From Vicugna vicugna (lineage: Eukaryota): 64,000 bases of DNA. The notes below the pieces were generated by a model. That model had not been told where the DNA came from, searched no databases, and worked only from the letters and a program-made list of their open reading frames with translations. This document shows, piece by piece, positions 12,076 through 25,036 of the stretch (position 1 is its first letter; the number at the start of each line of letters is the position of its first letter). The translations under genes and the position numbers were made by a program. The stretch is from positions 558,001 through 622,000 of the forward strand of contig MU057651.1 of NCBI GenBank assembly GCA_013265495.1. Direction: 5' to 3'.

Positions 12076-15000
12076 ATCCGACTAATTCTCTCTAATTGCT
12101 GTTGGTTTCCTCTTAGGTCCTAAATCAGGTGAACATGGTACCTTGCCTTATTGCTGGTATTATGGGATAGCACTCACCTGATGGCAGCTTCCAAAGGAGA
12201 CCCTGATGGCACTAACCAGCCTCTCTCAGTTTATCTTGCAAGTGTGACTACATTACGTGGCAGTAAGTGCTACCTGTTGTTATTAGAGTCTACTTGAACA
12301 CAGAAGTGTGCGCGTGGAAGAGATATCTCAGTTCCCGCATTTGCAGATTCAGTTAGACATTGTTTAATATTAAACAGACTCTCCTGATGCATGAGGAGTT
12401 AGGTTATATTCATTTGGTCACTAAAGGACTGTGGGATGAGAAAAGGAGTGAAAAAAAAAAACATGAAAGCTAACCAACAGAAAGATTATATCAGAAACAA
12501 ACTTCTTATGAAAAAATTCTTTCTTAGGAAAAATATTTCCATTATTTCCAAGGTCCCATTTATTTCCTTCCCAATCCACATGCAAATATATGTTCAGAAT
12601 TGTGTGTTAAGTTCACTCCAAATCCCAGGCCTATTAGACTGTCAGTTTACAAATGCTGAATTTCAGTCTTCTTGCTCAGAGACTGGGAGAAGCTTGCATC
12701 ACTGGCCATGCCTTTGTTTAACCAAATATTAACTGTGAGTAGCTCAGAAAAGGACCATGAGATTCAAAACTGGGGATGGCAGGGCTAAGGCTCTCCAAAG
12801 TAGATGTATGTTGAGAATGGCCAAAGAAAAGGCTGTGGGTTCTCTGGGTATTAGGTCTGCTCTCGGTGAGACTGCGGAACATCTGAGGCCACTACCCCAT
12901 TATAAAAGCCCTCACGTACAATTTCTTTGATGACTTAGAAAGAAATTCCTCTCTCTGGGTAGCTAGTCTCCCTTTTTTAAAATGATGGTAGTTACTGCGT
13001 ACAACCTATAATCAGGCAAGACAGAAAGCACATAGAGGCCACCATCTCAGGCCAAAGCTAAAAGGACGGTGCCTGAATGCCAACAGGCCAAGGCAGTTCT
13101 AAATATTTGTCTTAATGTTTTCACAGCCAGCTTTTAAGTGCAAGTCGTAACTTCTGAAATCAACAGGACTTGCCTACTGGTCATTAAAAGAAAATCCTAC
13201 CTGAATGATGTTACATCCTGTTGGCCAAGGAAGTGGCTGGGGCTGGGGAATCTTAGCCTTCTATTCTTCTAAAATTCAACCTGAAAATCTAGTAAAATGA
13301 TCCAGAAAGGTGATACTTGAAACAGATGTTATCCAGGGGGCTAATCGAAGGTCAGCCCTCCAATCTAAAGTAACCAAAACAGAAACCTCAATACCATACC
13401 AAAGTGGGGGGCAGCCAGTTTTACAGCAGAAGGATGTGTTTGGAGTTCTAATAGCAACATCTCCCTAGCCTTAACTTATAGATACTAGTCCCCTAAGAAA
13501 GCACGTGCCATGCCCGAGCGTGTGCCAAACTCAGCACCCAGGCAAATATAAAGCCTATGGAATAATTGTAACTAGCAAATATCTGTGCCCTGCATGCTCT
13601 GGGCTCTGGCCAGAAGGTGTCTGCTTCCGGCGTCTTTTCTATGTTTCTATAGTCCCCTTTCTGATGTTTATTTATTATAAAGCAATATTATAACAACATC
13701 AAAGAAAATTGTGAACAGAAAAAAAATTTCACATAATCCCACCACCCTAACACAACTGATTTCAATTATCTGTGTTCCCAGTCTTTGTCCATATGCACGC
13801 TTATTACTACATAGTCGTAATCTCTGCTTATGTTATTTAAAAGTGATTTTATAGATTCTCTCTGAGAACTGGCAGCCCTATTAGAAATAAACAACCCATT
13901 GAGCAAAGGAATATAATTATTTACACGATCTTTGAGCTGAGAAATATCCTTTATAGACAAACATCTCAAACTATCAAAACAGTTATACAGACGACAGGAA
14001 GCAATTTTGTATTTCTTTTTCTTTTAGCAATGGAATGTGCTTCACAGGGGAGGGAAAGATGGGGGGATCAGGTGGTTAAACTCAAACATTGGGTTGCAAT
14101 TCACAAGCCTGAAAGAAATCTGAATAACACAATTAAAGAATAAATACTTGAGTTGAATCTTCTTACAGGACTTGGCCATCCAGTAGCCAAAATGGAACAT
14201 GGACACACAAATATTTACAATGACACAAAGACAAGATCAGCAAGAACGAAGTCATTACCCAACATGGTGACTGATTTGAGGGGATCTAATCATCCAAAAA
14301 TCCTCACGGGATTATGACAACGTACCGGATCCTTGCTACAACATTAATGTTCTCTTCTTTCTTAAATAAATAATCTCTACTGTGCTTCTCACCCTTCCCT
14401 GACTTTCCCACTGCCCTACCCCTATCTCAGGACATTTTGGAATCAACATTCGACGATGCACCCTCATCATCTCAGGGCACGCCAGCGACTTTTAAAGATC
14501 CGGATAGACTCACCTGTGTCAAGATGAGCTTTAAAAAAATCCAGGGAAAGGGAATAAACTATTAACCATCTGGAGTCCAACTTGGTCAAGTGTACCAAAT
14601 GTGAATCCTTCAGCATCATTTTGGCAGGAGAAACAGCTTCTCTCTAATACTCATTAGAAATATACATAACTCTCCAACACGGGGAAGGGTCTTTAGAAGC
14701 TGTTCTCATTTTAAAGTTTACATAGATATAAGTTTGTAAGAGTAAAGCCTACTGGGGTATATAGTCTCATAAAATCTTGGTACAACGGGATGTGATAAAG
14801 ACGTACCGGGCCCCTCGTTTGTTAGTATGCTGAATTGAAAGCATAGAAGAGCAGCCATTTCTCTACTTACAGTAATCTGAAGGATCACTGCTCCAGGTCT
14901 CCCCCTACCAAAAAAAGGGCCTTTATGACATACAAGGGATGCTAACGGACACCTAGGGCTTCCCAACCAGGGTTGGGGCTCTCTCCACTGGCAGGGCTTA

Positions 15001-16456
15001 GTTACCCATGGACCGAATTCTGTTTGCATCCCAGGTATCATTTCATTGAATTCCCTGGCACTATGAATGAAAAATTTTAAAAATACTTAATTTTAAAAGA
15101 AATAAAAATTAAGGCCTCTCTCTCTCTCTCTCTTATGAAAACACTATGGCATTAAAAATTTCAGGCCCAGCCATTTTTGTGACGTATAACATAGTATGCT
15201 TCAAATTAATATTACCGTTTGATCTTCTTTTTACATTTGTTGTTGTATCTCACTGTGGACATTTTCTGGGGGTGAGGGTTAAGCCCCATCCAAATTTCAT
15301 AGTCAAAGAAAACAATAGGAAAATAGGAAATCCACCAGTGGTGTCATTTCCTGAACATAAACATGTGCACTGTATGGTTAGCAGAAACTCTCTAAAGAAA
15401 GTGCTTTCATTTTAAGGAATGGATAGATGATGACATGGATGGATGTGCCTCGGCAGAGAAGGAGAGAGGCCCAGGTCATTGATCTCTTTCCCTCTCTTGC
15501 TGAATGTAGATAGGTTCTATTCAGATTCTTGACATACTATAGATCAAGAAACCTGCTACTGCACGAACTGCTAGCTTTTCAAAGGCTTAGAGAAACAACT
15601 CAGCAGAATTTATAAAACTGACAATACACTCGAAAGAGAAGCATATCCTTTTCTATGCAGACACCCTCCAGATGTTTTTCTACTCTCAGAAGATTCAGGA
15701 AGTGCCAACTGTTAAATTCCTAATAAACTGATACATGGTGAAATAACAGTCAAATTTTCAGATTTTCGCCAAGTCCCAAAAGGAATTCAGTTGGGCTATA
15801 TGACTGCAAACCCAAATTCTGTTCACAGGAGAACCTCAAAATCTTTACACACGTGTTTGAAATTCAAAAGCCCAAAGAACTAAGGATGATCACACCACCT
15901 CTGGAGACAGAAATTGGTGATACACAGGTAAAATGGGAACAAATACTTCAAGCCAAATGTTGATCGGGATGTAGTTTTCCTCCCATTTCTTATAGAGTTG
16001 AATGCTTACAATATTTCTGTTCTCCAGATCTTTTAAAAATTATTTAAAACGTTATAAATTGTCAAGATTAATCATTCTTATCATCAGCAAATGTCAGTTA
16101 ATGGGTCTGTTGCCTCCCGATGTGCCGATTTCACAGTGTATATGTTCCACAAGCACAAGAGAGGATTAAATTCGGAATCTTAATCTTCGTTTACTTACTA
16201 TCCAGCAAGGATTTCAGTACTGCACACTTAGATTGTTTTCCTTTCGGCTCTTAGAGAAAGTCCCAGCTGTGTTTAAGTATGGTTTCTCCTATCAGGATTT
16301 CCTAGGTTTAGGACCTGGACTCACCCAATTGGAGTGCCACAGTTTTGATGTGTCTTTTTTCAGGTATCATGAGATGAACGAGCTGGTTTACAAATGATAA
16401 ATCAACTACCTCTTAAGCAGCATCATGAAAATGTGATAAGATTTCACCATTTGAAC

Positions 16457-16462
16457 TTTATT
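16457..16462 (-). terminator. Proximal polyadenylation signal AATAAA
   Basis: tttatt on the + strand, ~750 nt after the stop; UGUA elements lie just upstream in the mRNA (CTGTATATCTAAATAAAG). Confidence 0.6.
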
Positions 16463-16660
16463 TAGATATACAGTTTTTAAAAGCCCTTCCTGAACATACA
16501 TATTCCTCTCTGCTTTTGGAAAATGTCTTAAAAGAAACATTTTCCAATACAAATGCAGAAAAACAGGTACACAAACCAAGCCACCACTATAGAAGAAGAA
16601 TAAAAAATTTCAACTCTGTTAGGGCATGGACTTCCACATGTTCACACAGTACTTGCTCTG

Positions 16661-16764
16661 GTTTTTTTTGTTTGTTTGTTTTGTTTTTGTTTTTGTTTTT
16701 TTGTTATGTTTTTGTTTTTTACTTTCTTTTTTTTTAAAAAAACGTTTTGACATCTTTTTTTTTT
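16661..16764. repeat. (TTTTG)n / T-rich low-complexity tract (A-rich in the mRNA 3' UTR)
   Basis: Directly visible in the sequence. Confidence 0.9.
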
Positions 16765-17207
16765 CTGGACAGCTAATGACAATGCAAGTGAAAAACATCA
16801 CATTGGGTAAGGAGTTTTGAAGGAGGTTCGAATGCAAGAGGGACTACTCTCTAACTTAAAAACGAACACGACACGATGAAGAGGGAGTGTGCATCTTTGA
16901 GAAATCTCTTTTTCTTCAAAGTGAATGCACAAAATGAAGGGATTCACTACTGGCTCTTTCGCTTCACGGTGGAAGTGACCACTTTATGGCCACTTCGACA
17001 TTGCCGCCCTGTTTGGGCTGCGATTCAGGCTTACAAATAAATTACATAATCTGAGGGAGTAGGAAAAAGGCTTATAAGAAGTTTCTATTCATTTGAAAGT
17101 TAAAGAAGCCCCACCCCATGTGACTGTCTTTTCTTCCATCTTTCCTGCAGCGGAGTTTTACCTCAGCCTTACTCGGGAGGGAGGTGGAGGGGGTAAGGCT
17201 TGCAGTC

Positions 17208-17540
<333 letters not shown>

Positions 17541-17569
17541 TTACTGTGTTTGCAGGTCTAACGTTCTGC

Positions 17570-19000
17570 TTTTCTTAAACTGATGAATTTATCCGGAGCA
17601 GCTCTCAGGCTTGAAAAACGTGTATTCTGCTGACCACTAATGACCTTAACCCTGAAACCAATGGCTTCCAAAATGTTGAACCTAATAGTGTACCTCTGCC
17701 ATCTCTTTTTTGGCCTCTCTGCAGTACTCAATACAAATGAATAGCCCTTCCTTCTTTGACATGTTGTTCTCTCCGGGGCCAGTTCTACTGCCTTGGTTCT
17801 CTTCCACATGCATCATCCCTGACTACTCCCTCTCCATCTTCCTCTCTGGTTCCACGTCCTCCTCCCATCTACCAGAACTTGGCTCTCATCATCTTCTTTT
17901 TCAAATTTAATTCCTTGGAGAGCTTATTTCTTTCCATGGTGCCAACCTCTCATCAACTTTATGGGGATGACTCCCAAATATATGCCGTGTGACCTGATTG
18001 CTTTCCTGAACTCTGGTTCTGTTTCTCCAATTACCTGTTGGGTATTTCGTTTGGAATGTCCTTCTGCCACCTTGAATTCAACATTTAAAAATGTATATTT
18101 AAGTCTCCCAGACAGGGTACGCTTATGTGCTGTAAGCTACAGGGGCTTTGGAGTCAGAGCACCTAGGTTCAATCCATTCCTTTGCTTATTACAATGGTTA
18201 AATGAGGTAAGTGACAGTTCCTTGTATGCTACACAGAGGCCAGTAAATGTTAGCCTTTGTATTGTCCTCTATGACTTCTGCTTCTGCTGAATGCTACCAC
18301 TGGTGTGATATTCCGGAGTCACTTTCGTATTCTTCTCCCTTCTGTTCTACACGCAATCAGTTACCAAGTGCCTCCTTCTCAACACCTTTTACAACGATCG
18401 CTTGCTTTCCCTGAGCTTAATCAACCTAATCCTGAATTACAACAATAACTCTCCCTTGATCTTCCAGCCTCCATTTTTTTCTGTTGCTAATTCTTATTGC
18501 ATACCACCAGATTAACCTTCCTAAACAAAGCTTTCATCATGTGTGTCCTGCAGAGATCTTCAGTGTTTCCCCACTTCCTGCAGCCCCAGCTCCTCAGCCT
18601 GGTGTTCAAGGTTCTCCATGGTCCTATTTCCTGCAGCTTCCTTACGTGAACTCTTTTACTTCAGCTACCCTTTCTATTTTCTGTTCCCTTAAACCTTGCC
18701 TACAAGCTTATGGTCACGCGATAATCCTTCCATCTGAAATTCCTTCCCTCTTTATCCTCGAACTATCTAAAACTGATATCTTTCAAGGCCCAGCTAAACT
18801 CTTCCCTGCTGGCAGGCATTTTCTGAATGCCATAGCCTATAGAAGTATTTCTCTAATCAACCTGTGGCACTTACTGCTTGAACAGCCACTTGGTTTGACC
18901 GAGTCTCTAAACAATCTTGCACTTTTTTTCACGTTCCCAAGGAGACTGTGAACTTAAGCCTCGCACATAGAAGTTGCTCAACAAATATCAATTTATTTGT
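17570..19000 (+). mobile_element. Degraded L2 LINE fragments with an embedded MIR piece
   Basis: Pyrimidine-rich L2 text (gatgactcccaaatatat...cacatagaagttgctcaacaaatat); boundaries are approximate. Confidence 0.6.
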
Positions 19001-19879
19001 GTCTTTTCTCAAGCCTTTCAGTTCTGTGAATGTCATGTAGCTTTCTCCTTTCCAGCCTCTAAAATGAACAGTGATAGGCTAGAGTCAGAGAATGGAGTTA
19101 TATGGACTTGAGATGATACACAGTTTATAGCCTATGTGTACAAAGTGAAGAGATGCAACAAACTTCAGTTTTCTCAAAGTAGTTTTGCATCAGTTATCTG
19201 ACTGGTTCAGATCAAAGTACTGCTGGGGAAGGAATGAACTAGATAATTGATTCAACTACCTATATGACTACACAGCTACCTTAAGAGAACCTGTACCTGC
19301 ACTCATCCTTGGAGGAAGGCCTGACAGCAATGTGTAGCAGGATGTGTCTGTGGGGTGGCGGGAGAGGTGCAAAGATATGGAAGTGAAGCACTCAAAAGTT
19401 CAAGTTTCTCATCTATAATTTGAGGCTGGATCAATGAGAAGATTAATAAATGACTATTTCAGATTTGACACTTTAGGGTCCACGACAGCCTGTGAAATGC
19501 TCACGGGCAGCAGAAAAGAGAAGGTGTAGCCTCTCTAATTGCTCCCCATTGGTTTATCCCAGGTATGATTTGGGTTAGGATGTTTGCCTAAGTGTGGCTC
19601 TCTGTCTCTGGAGGGAGTTCAGAAGCAACAGGAACTTTTGTGTGGTTGGGCCTAGAATAGACTGAATCTATGGTTCACAACATCCTGTATAACCGTGTTA
19701 CACCTTTGTCTAACTAGATTACGTGTTCAAAGTCAGGGAGAAGAAGCAGTCACTTTGCTTTGCTACTACAAATCCTGATATTGTTCCCCAAGGAACAGGC
19801 CCCAGCAGTGAAGGTATATGTGGAATCCTGGGCATGCATTGCTTTGTCAATATAAATGCATTTTCCCCCTCTAAATTGG

Positions 19880-20060
19880 TTTGTGTGGTGGAAAGTCAGA
19901 CAATTCAGGGCTCAAATCCAAGTTCTGCCACTCAATAGCCATGTGAGCCTTAATTTCTACATCTGTAACATGGGATAAGAACATCTACCCTAGAGAGATG
20001 TAAGAATAAAGTGAGAGAACGTGTGTAAAGAATTTGGTGCAAAGTAGGTACTAATTACCA
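19880..20060 (+). mobile_element. MIR SINE
   Basis: gggctcaaatccaagttctgccactcaatagccatgtgagcc...catctgtaacatgggataagaacatctacc. Confidence 0.7.
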
Positions 20061-20505
20061 TTGTATATACTAATCCCTGAGAGCCATGAAAAGGACAAAT
20101 GGTTACAGAGGCACTCACCACTGGATGGTACTCACCCAGGCAAGCAGGTGCCTGCCATTTGGCATCACAAGCAAAGGGGCTTTGACCAGTAAAGCATTAG
20201 AGTAGCAAATGCCATGGAAATAATTGCATAGTTATGTAGAGAATTACCTCCGGCCAAGAGCACCTGCATACAACATCCAGGGGCACAAGTAAAGTTTAGA
20301 ACAAAACAGCAACACCAGAGGTTCACATTGTTTTTCTTTTCCTGGCAAAATAAGACTCCAGGAAGAACAAAAGAGATTTACAGATTAAACTGCCAACTTC
20401 TCAGAAGAGAGGCAACATGCCAATCAATCATGTAGAAGATGCATGCCTATCCTTATGTGCCTGTGGTCTCTCTCAAATCAAATGGTTAGAGCCTAACTTG
20501 AACTA

Positions 20506-20739
<234 letters not shown>

Positions 20740-20825
20740 CTATAGGAAAAACATTAGAAAAAATCTATTCAGCACATACACGTTAGGATCGTGAGTGAGC
20801 ACAGAAGACAAATCCAGTTTCTTCT

Positions 20826-20965
20826 TTTTTAAAAAAATTTTTTTGGTGGGGGAGGTAATTAGGTTGATTTATTTATTTATATTTTAATGGAAGTACTGGG
20901 GCTGGAACCCAGGACCTTGTGCATGCTAGGCATGCCCTCTACCACTGAGCTACACCCTTCCCCCT
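20826..20965 (-). mobile_element. Camelid Vic-1-like tRNA-derived SINE with 16-bp TSD
   Basis: Pol III A/B boxes (TAGCTCAGTGG, GGTTCCAGCC) and an A-rich tail; TSD aaatccagtttcttct at 20810-20825 and 20966-20981. Confidence 0.88.
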
Positions 20966-22329
20966 AAATCCAGTTTCTTCTGGTTTATACCCTGGGTCTT
21001 CAAAATTCTATTTTAGAGAATGACACTGACATAAATTTCAAAGTTTCTGTAACATTTAGAAATTATTACTCTTGGTAGTAGTAACTGAGGTGACAGTGGG
21101 GCTTCCCACCCCCAAAAGCTTGGCAATAAGGTTATAAGGTCCTCTGAGAGTTAAGCCAGTACAAATCCATGTAGAATGAACGTGTGTTAGCCACCTAGGA
21201 ACTTAAACCAAGGACTTGCCTGTGAATCTGTCACTAAAGGATTGGGGAACACACATATATCTAATCATGGTGATATACATATAACCCCTGGAAGGCACAG
21301 TTGCAGAGATGATTGTAATTTACTACATGTTTATCTTGATCAAAGAATATTTGTGAGCAGATCAGGGACTACTTTGTAGAATTAGAGAAGTACAAAGAAT
21401 CAGAAAATGGCAGTGCCTGGATGAGAAGTAACCTGGGGGGCCCAGGGACTCAGGTACTTCTGTCCTGTGGCAGGTGTATCCCTACAGATTTTAATTAGGC
21501 TTCCCACAAAAATCTACCTATAATAAGAGAAAATATGAGGAAAGTTGACTTCAGTAATCTTGTGTCCTACTGTAAAATAATATGCTGCTGATATATTTCT
21601 GAGACTTTTGTTGTGTAAGGAGGCCACCACTGAGAGATGTCAACTCACAGTGTGCTGACAGAATCAAGGACCCTAGCCTTCAAGGCACAGAGTTGGACTC
21701 AGGACCATGGTCAATTCATAAAAGTAAACCCATCTTTCAAAGGTTCTTGACAGCCATAAAAGCTGGCCATTCTTCATGCCTCCTCTAAGGAAACAATTCC
21801 AGAGCATTAACTATGTATGAGGTATCATATTAGACACTGGAGATTCAAAGATGAATAACAGAATGTCCTACTTTTGAAGGTGACATAATTTAGTGAAGGA
21901 GAGAGACTTACAGGTAGCTACAATACAGTGAGACAAGAGCAAATAGGGGAACACAGCAAGTGCTAAGTGAATAGGAGGATAAAGCAATTCACACCAGAGC
22001 CCAGAGAAAGCTTCATGGAGGAGGTTGGCATTTGAACAGGGTCCTGAAGGATAAGTAGGAATTTTCTTCAAGGTACTGTCACGAGGGTTATGTTTGCCTA
22101 TATGACCAGACCCCTAACTATTATGAAGACATGCTCCCTCTTGAACTTGCTTGGACTTTGCAGAAAATTACCATCCTTCTTTTCCACCATGACTCCTAAT
22201 ATTATTATTAAAAATATTTCTATCAAAGTCTTTTCCCAGGCCAGTTTTCATTCACTGGTGAGGTATCTTTCCTCCTTCCCAGACACCTCCACAAATGTAT
22301 TTTAGAAAGGGTTAAGAAGGTTTAATCTA

Positions 22330-22512
22330 GTGACTGTCAACGTACAGCATGCACTAGAAACACCTAGAGGGCTTGTTAAAACACAGAGTCCTGGGGCATG
22401 CCCAGAGTTTCTTCTGATCAGTAAATCTGCAGAGGGGCCTGGAAATTTGCATTCTAACAAGTTCCCCGTTGATGCTGAAGCTGCTGGTTTCAGGACCACA
22501 CTTTGAGAACTA
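22330..22512. mobile_element. MER5A-like hAT-Charlie MITE
   Basis: gggcttgttaaaacacaga...gggcctggaaatttgcattctaacaagttcccc...gatgctgaagctgctggt...accacactttgagaac. Related pieces at ~36430-36540, 38555-38700 and 55670-55845. Confidence 0.8.
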
Positions 22513-23673
22513 GTTTCATTCACCCAAGTAATGAAGCAATGGGCTTAGTGATTAATGCTTGAAGCCCCTGTCCGCACAAGCCATCTCTGTTGTCTTCTTA
22601 AAAGAAAATTGATTACTGCAAATTACATTTGCTGCCTCCTCCGAAAACTCTCTTATTTCAGCTGGCCGCAAATCTGCCAAACTCTCCATCCGGTTTTTGC
22701 TTTTTTCTGCTCTGTAGCCAAGCCCAGTCCTCAACAAACACATCTCTTTTCTCCCTTTGCACTCTCCCTAAGTCTGTCTGCATGTGATACTGCCTCACTG
22801 TTTCACCCTTCTTCGACCATTCTTAGCCCAATACATTCTACTCCATATAATCTTGCTTCTCACAAGTCTGTATACATCTCTACCCAAGTCCTTCTCACCT
22901 CTCTTCCATCCATGTACTGAGAAACAGGTTGAAAGGAAAGACTCCACCAAGTTAACAGTGGTTCTCTCTGGGTGGTAGGATTATTAGTGACTTAATTTTT
23001 CAAATGTATTTTTCAATTTTCCACAATTTTGACAATGAACATGACTGCTTTTATTATTTTTAAAAAACCCTCAAAAACATTATTTAAAAAATAAATCTAA
23101 AAAGCTGTGCCATCCAATTTACACAAAACCTCTCATCTAGTTCTCTTTGTTTTCCTAGGATTAAACATGCTTTTCATCAAGTACTACCCCTTGAGGGAAA
23201 CAAAAACCCAGACGATTTCTTTTTCAACTATTGTTTTCGTTATAATTGCAACAGTATTATTTCCAACTAATTTCCATTGCACAAATCCACACTTTCAGTT
23301 ATATTATGGCTAAACTGGCCTTTGTGGACTGGCCTGGGAACCTACTCACTATGCATGATGCTGCTTCTATGGGAAAATGCACTCTGAGTTCTAAATAATT
23401 AACTTAAAAATAAACTTGTATGTAAGCTGTGTACTTCCTTTGTAAAAAAAAAAAAAGAAAATTGCTACATACTGCCCTCCTAATGAGAGACTAATACAGT
23501 TGTAGGCAATATAATAATCACAGCAAAAAGGGTCTTCCTAGCAAAGTCAAGTCTTAGCTTTATGTAAAGAAAGACTGAGGGAAATCGATCTACGCGTAAG
23601 TGATCACATTTTGGTTTTATCTGTGTTAGTGAAAACTCAAAGAAAATGAGCTGGCTGAGAAATTAGATTAGAC

Positions 23674-24045
23674 TTAGTTCACTTAGCATAATACCCACCA
23701 ACTCAGAAAAAGACAAATACTGCACGATATCACTTATATGTGGAATCTAAAAAGTAAAACAAACTAATGAATATAACAAAACAGAAACAGAATCACGGAT
23801 ATAGAGAACCAACTAGAGGTTTATCAGTTGGGAGAGGGAAGGGAAGAGGGACAATATAGGGGTAGGGAATTAAGAGGTACAAACTACTATGTATAAAATA
23901 AACAAGCTACAAGGATATATTGCACAGCACAGGGAAGGTACCCAATCTTTTACAAGAACTATAAATGGAGTATAAACTGTGACTCACTATGTTGTACACT
24001 TGAAACTTAGATATTGTACATCAACTATACCTCAACTAAAAAAAA
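23674..24045 (+). mobile_element. 5'-truncated L1 3' end with short 5' inversion, poly(A) and 16-bp TSD
   Basis: TSD agaaattagattagac (23658-23673) and agaaattagactagac (24046-24061); 23671-23700 is L1 sequence in inverted orientation. Confidence 0.88.
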
Positions 24046-24931
24046 AGAAATTAGACTAGACATTTCCTTTATAGTTGGTTGCTCCTTGAGGAAGAAACCA
24101 CAGAATCATACTTGACTTTTCCTCCTTCTCCAGTACCCTTCCCCTCCCCCAACCCTTATTATAATCAGTCTAGTAGCTTCTCTTCCTGCAACCTTTAGAA
24201 ATGTCTTTCAGATCTATCCACTTTCCTCTATCCCTGAAGTCCTTGCTTAAGGCCAAACTTCTCTCAGTTACGACAGCCTCCCTATAGGTTTTCCTTACTC
24301 AAGCCTTTTTATTCTTCAGTCCATCCTCTTTAACAATCTATCTCATCCTAAATCTCATCATGGCATCCATTTTTCTGCCGTAAAAATTTCTGGTGGCTCC
24401 CTATGGTCCACAGATGTGGTTTTCAGGCTATACCCCCCAAATTCCCCTTGATAATAGCTAAGTGGAAAAAGAGATGGGAGGAGGAGGTAGATGTAGAGAT
24501 TCTGGGACACTGCTTCACAAACGTGTTTCAATCAGAGAAATATTTTTTCTCTATTTATTTATGCTTCCAAGCAAGGTTTAATTTGAATCAAGGGATCACT
24601 ACAGTTGTTTGAAAACACAGGACATAGTAAAGATGCCTTAGCATGGCATATAAGGTCCTCCATGATTCGGCTCCTGCCTCCGTTTCCAGTCCTCATCTGT
24701 TCTCTTCTCACCCTAGAGCCCTGCTTCGCCCACCCCCACATTCATACACACATTGGCCAAAGCTCACCTATTATTCATTGCCCATTAGTCATACTCCCAT
24801 AATAAGAAATGCCCTTTCATATCTGCCTAAAGTGCTATTCCCTTAAGTGCCTGGTAAATTTCTATTTGCCTCTTCATTCCTATTTCAAATGGCATCTTCT
24901 TTTTAAAGTCTTCCTCAACTCTGCCAGATAG

Positions 24932-25036
24932 ATATGGTGAACAACCACCTCGGTCTTCTGGGGACTGTCCTGGGTTTTACCACTGGAGGTCTTATGCCCC
25001 TCAATGCCAAGCAAACTCAGATGGTGGTCACCCTGC
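24932..25036. mobile_element. MER94-like hAT MITE
   Basis: ggtgaacaaccacctcggtcttctggggactgtcctgggtttta...ggtggtcaccctg with inverted termini. Confidence 0.6.

Larger units (their letters stand above)
10608..17207 (-). other. PAK3: PAK3 long 3' UTR (~6.6 kb, inferred)
   Basis: Repeat-poor unique sequence running from the stop codon to a well-formed distal poly(A) signal. This fits my recollection that PAK3 has a multi-kb 3' UTR; no transcript data are available here. Confidence 0.65.

Noticed and set aside
13667..13676. Additional AATAAA hexamers in the middle of the 3' UTR
   Set aside because: They lie in an AT-rich, probably repeat-derived patch with no convincing downstream element, so they cannot be supported as poly(A) sites.
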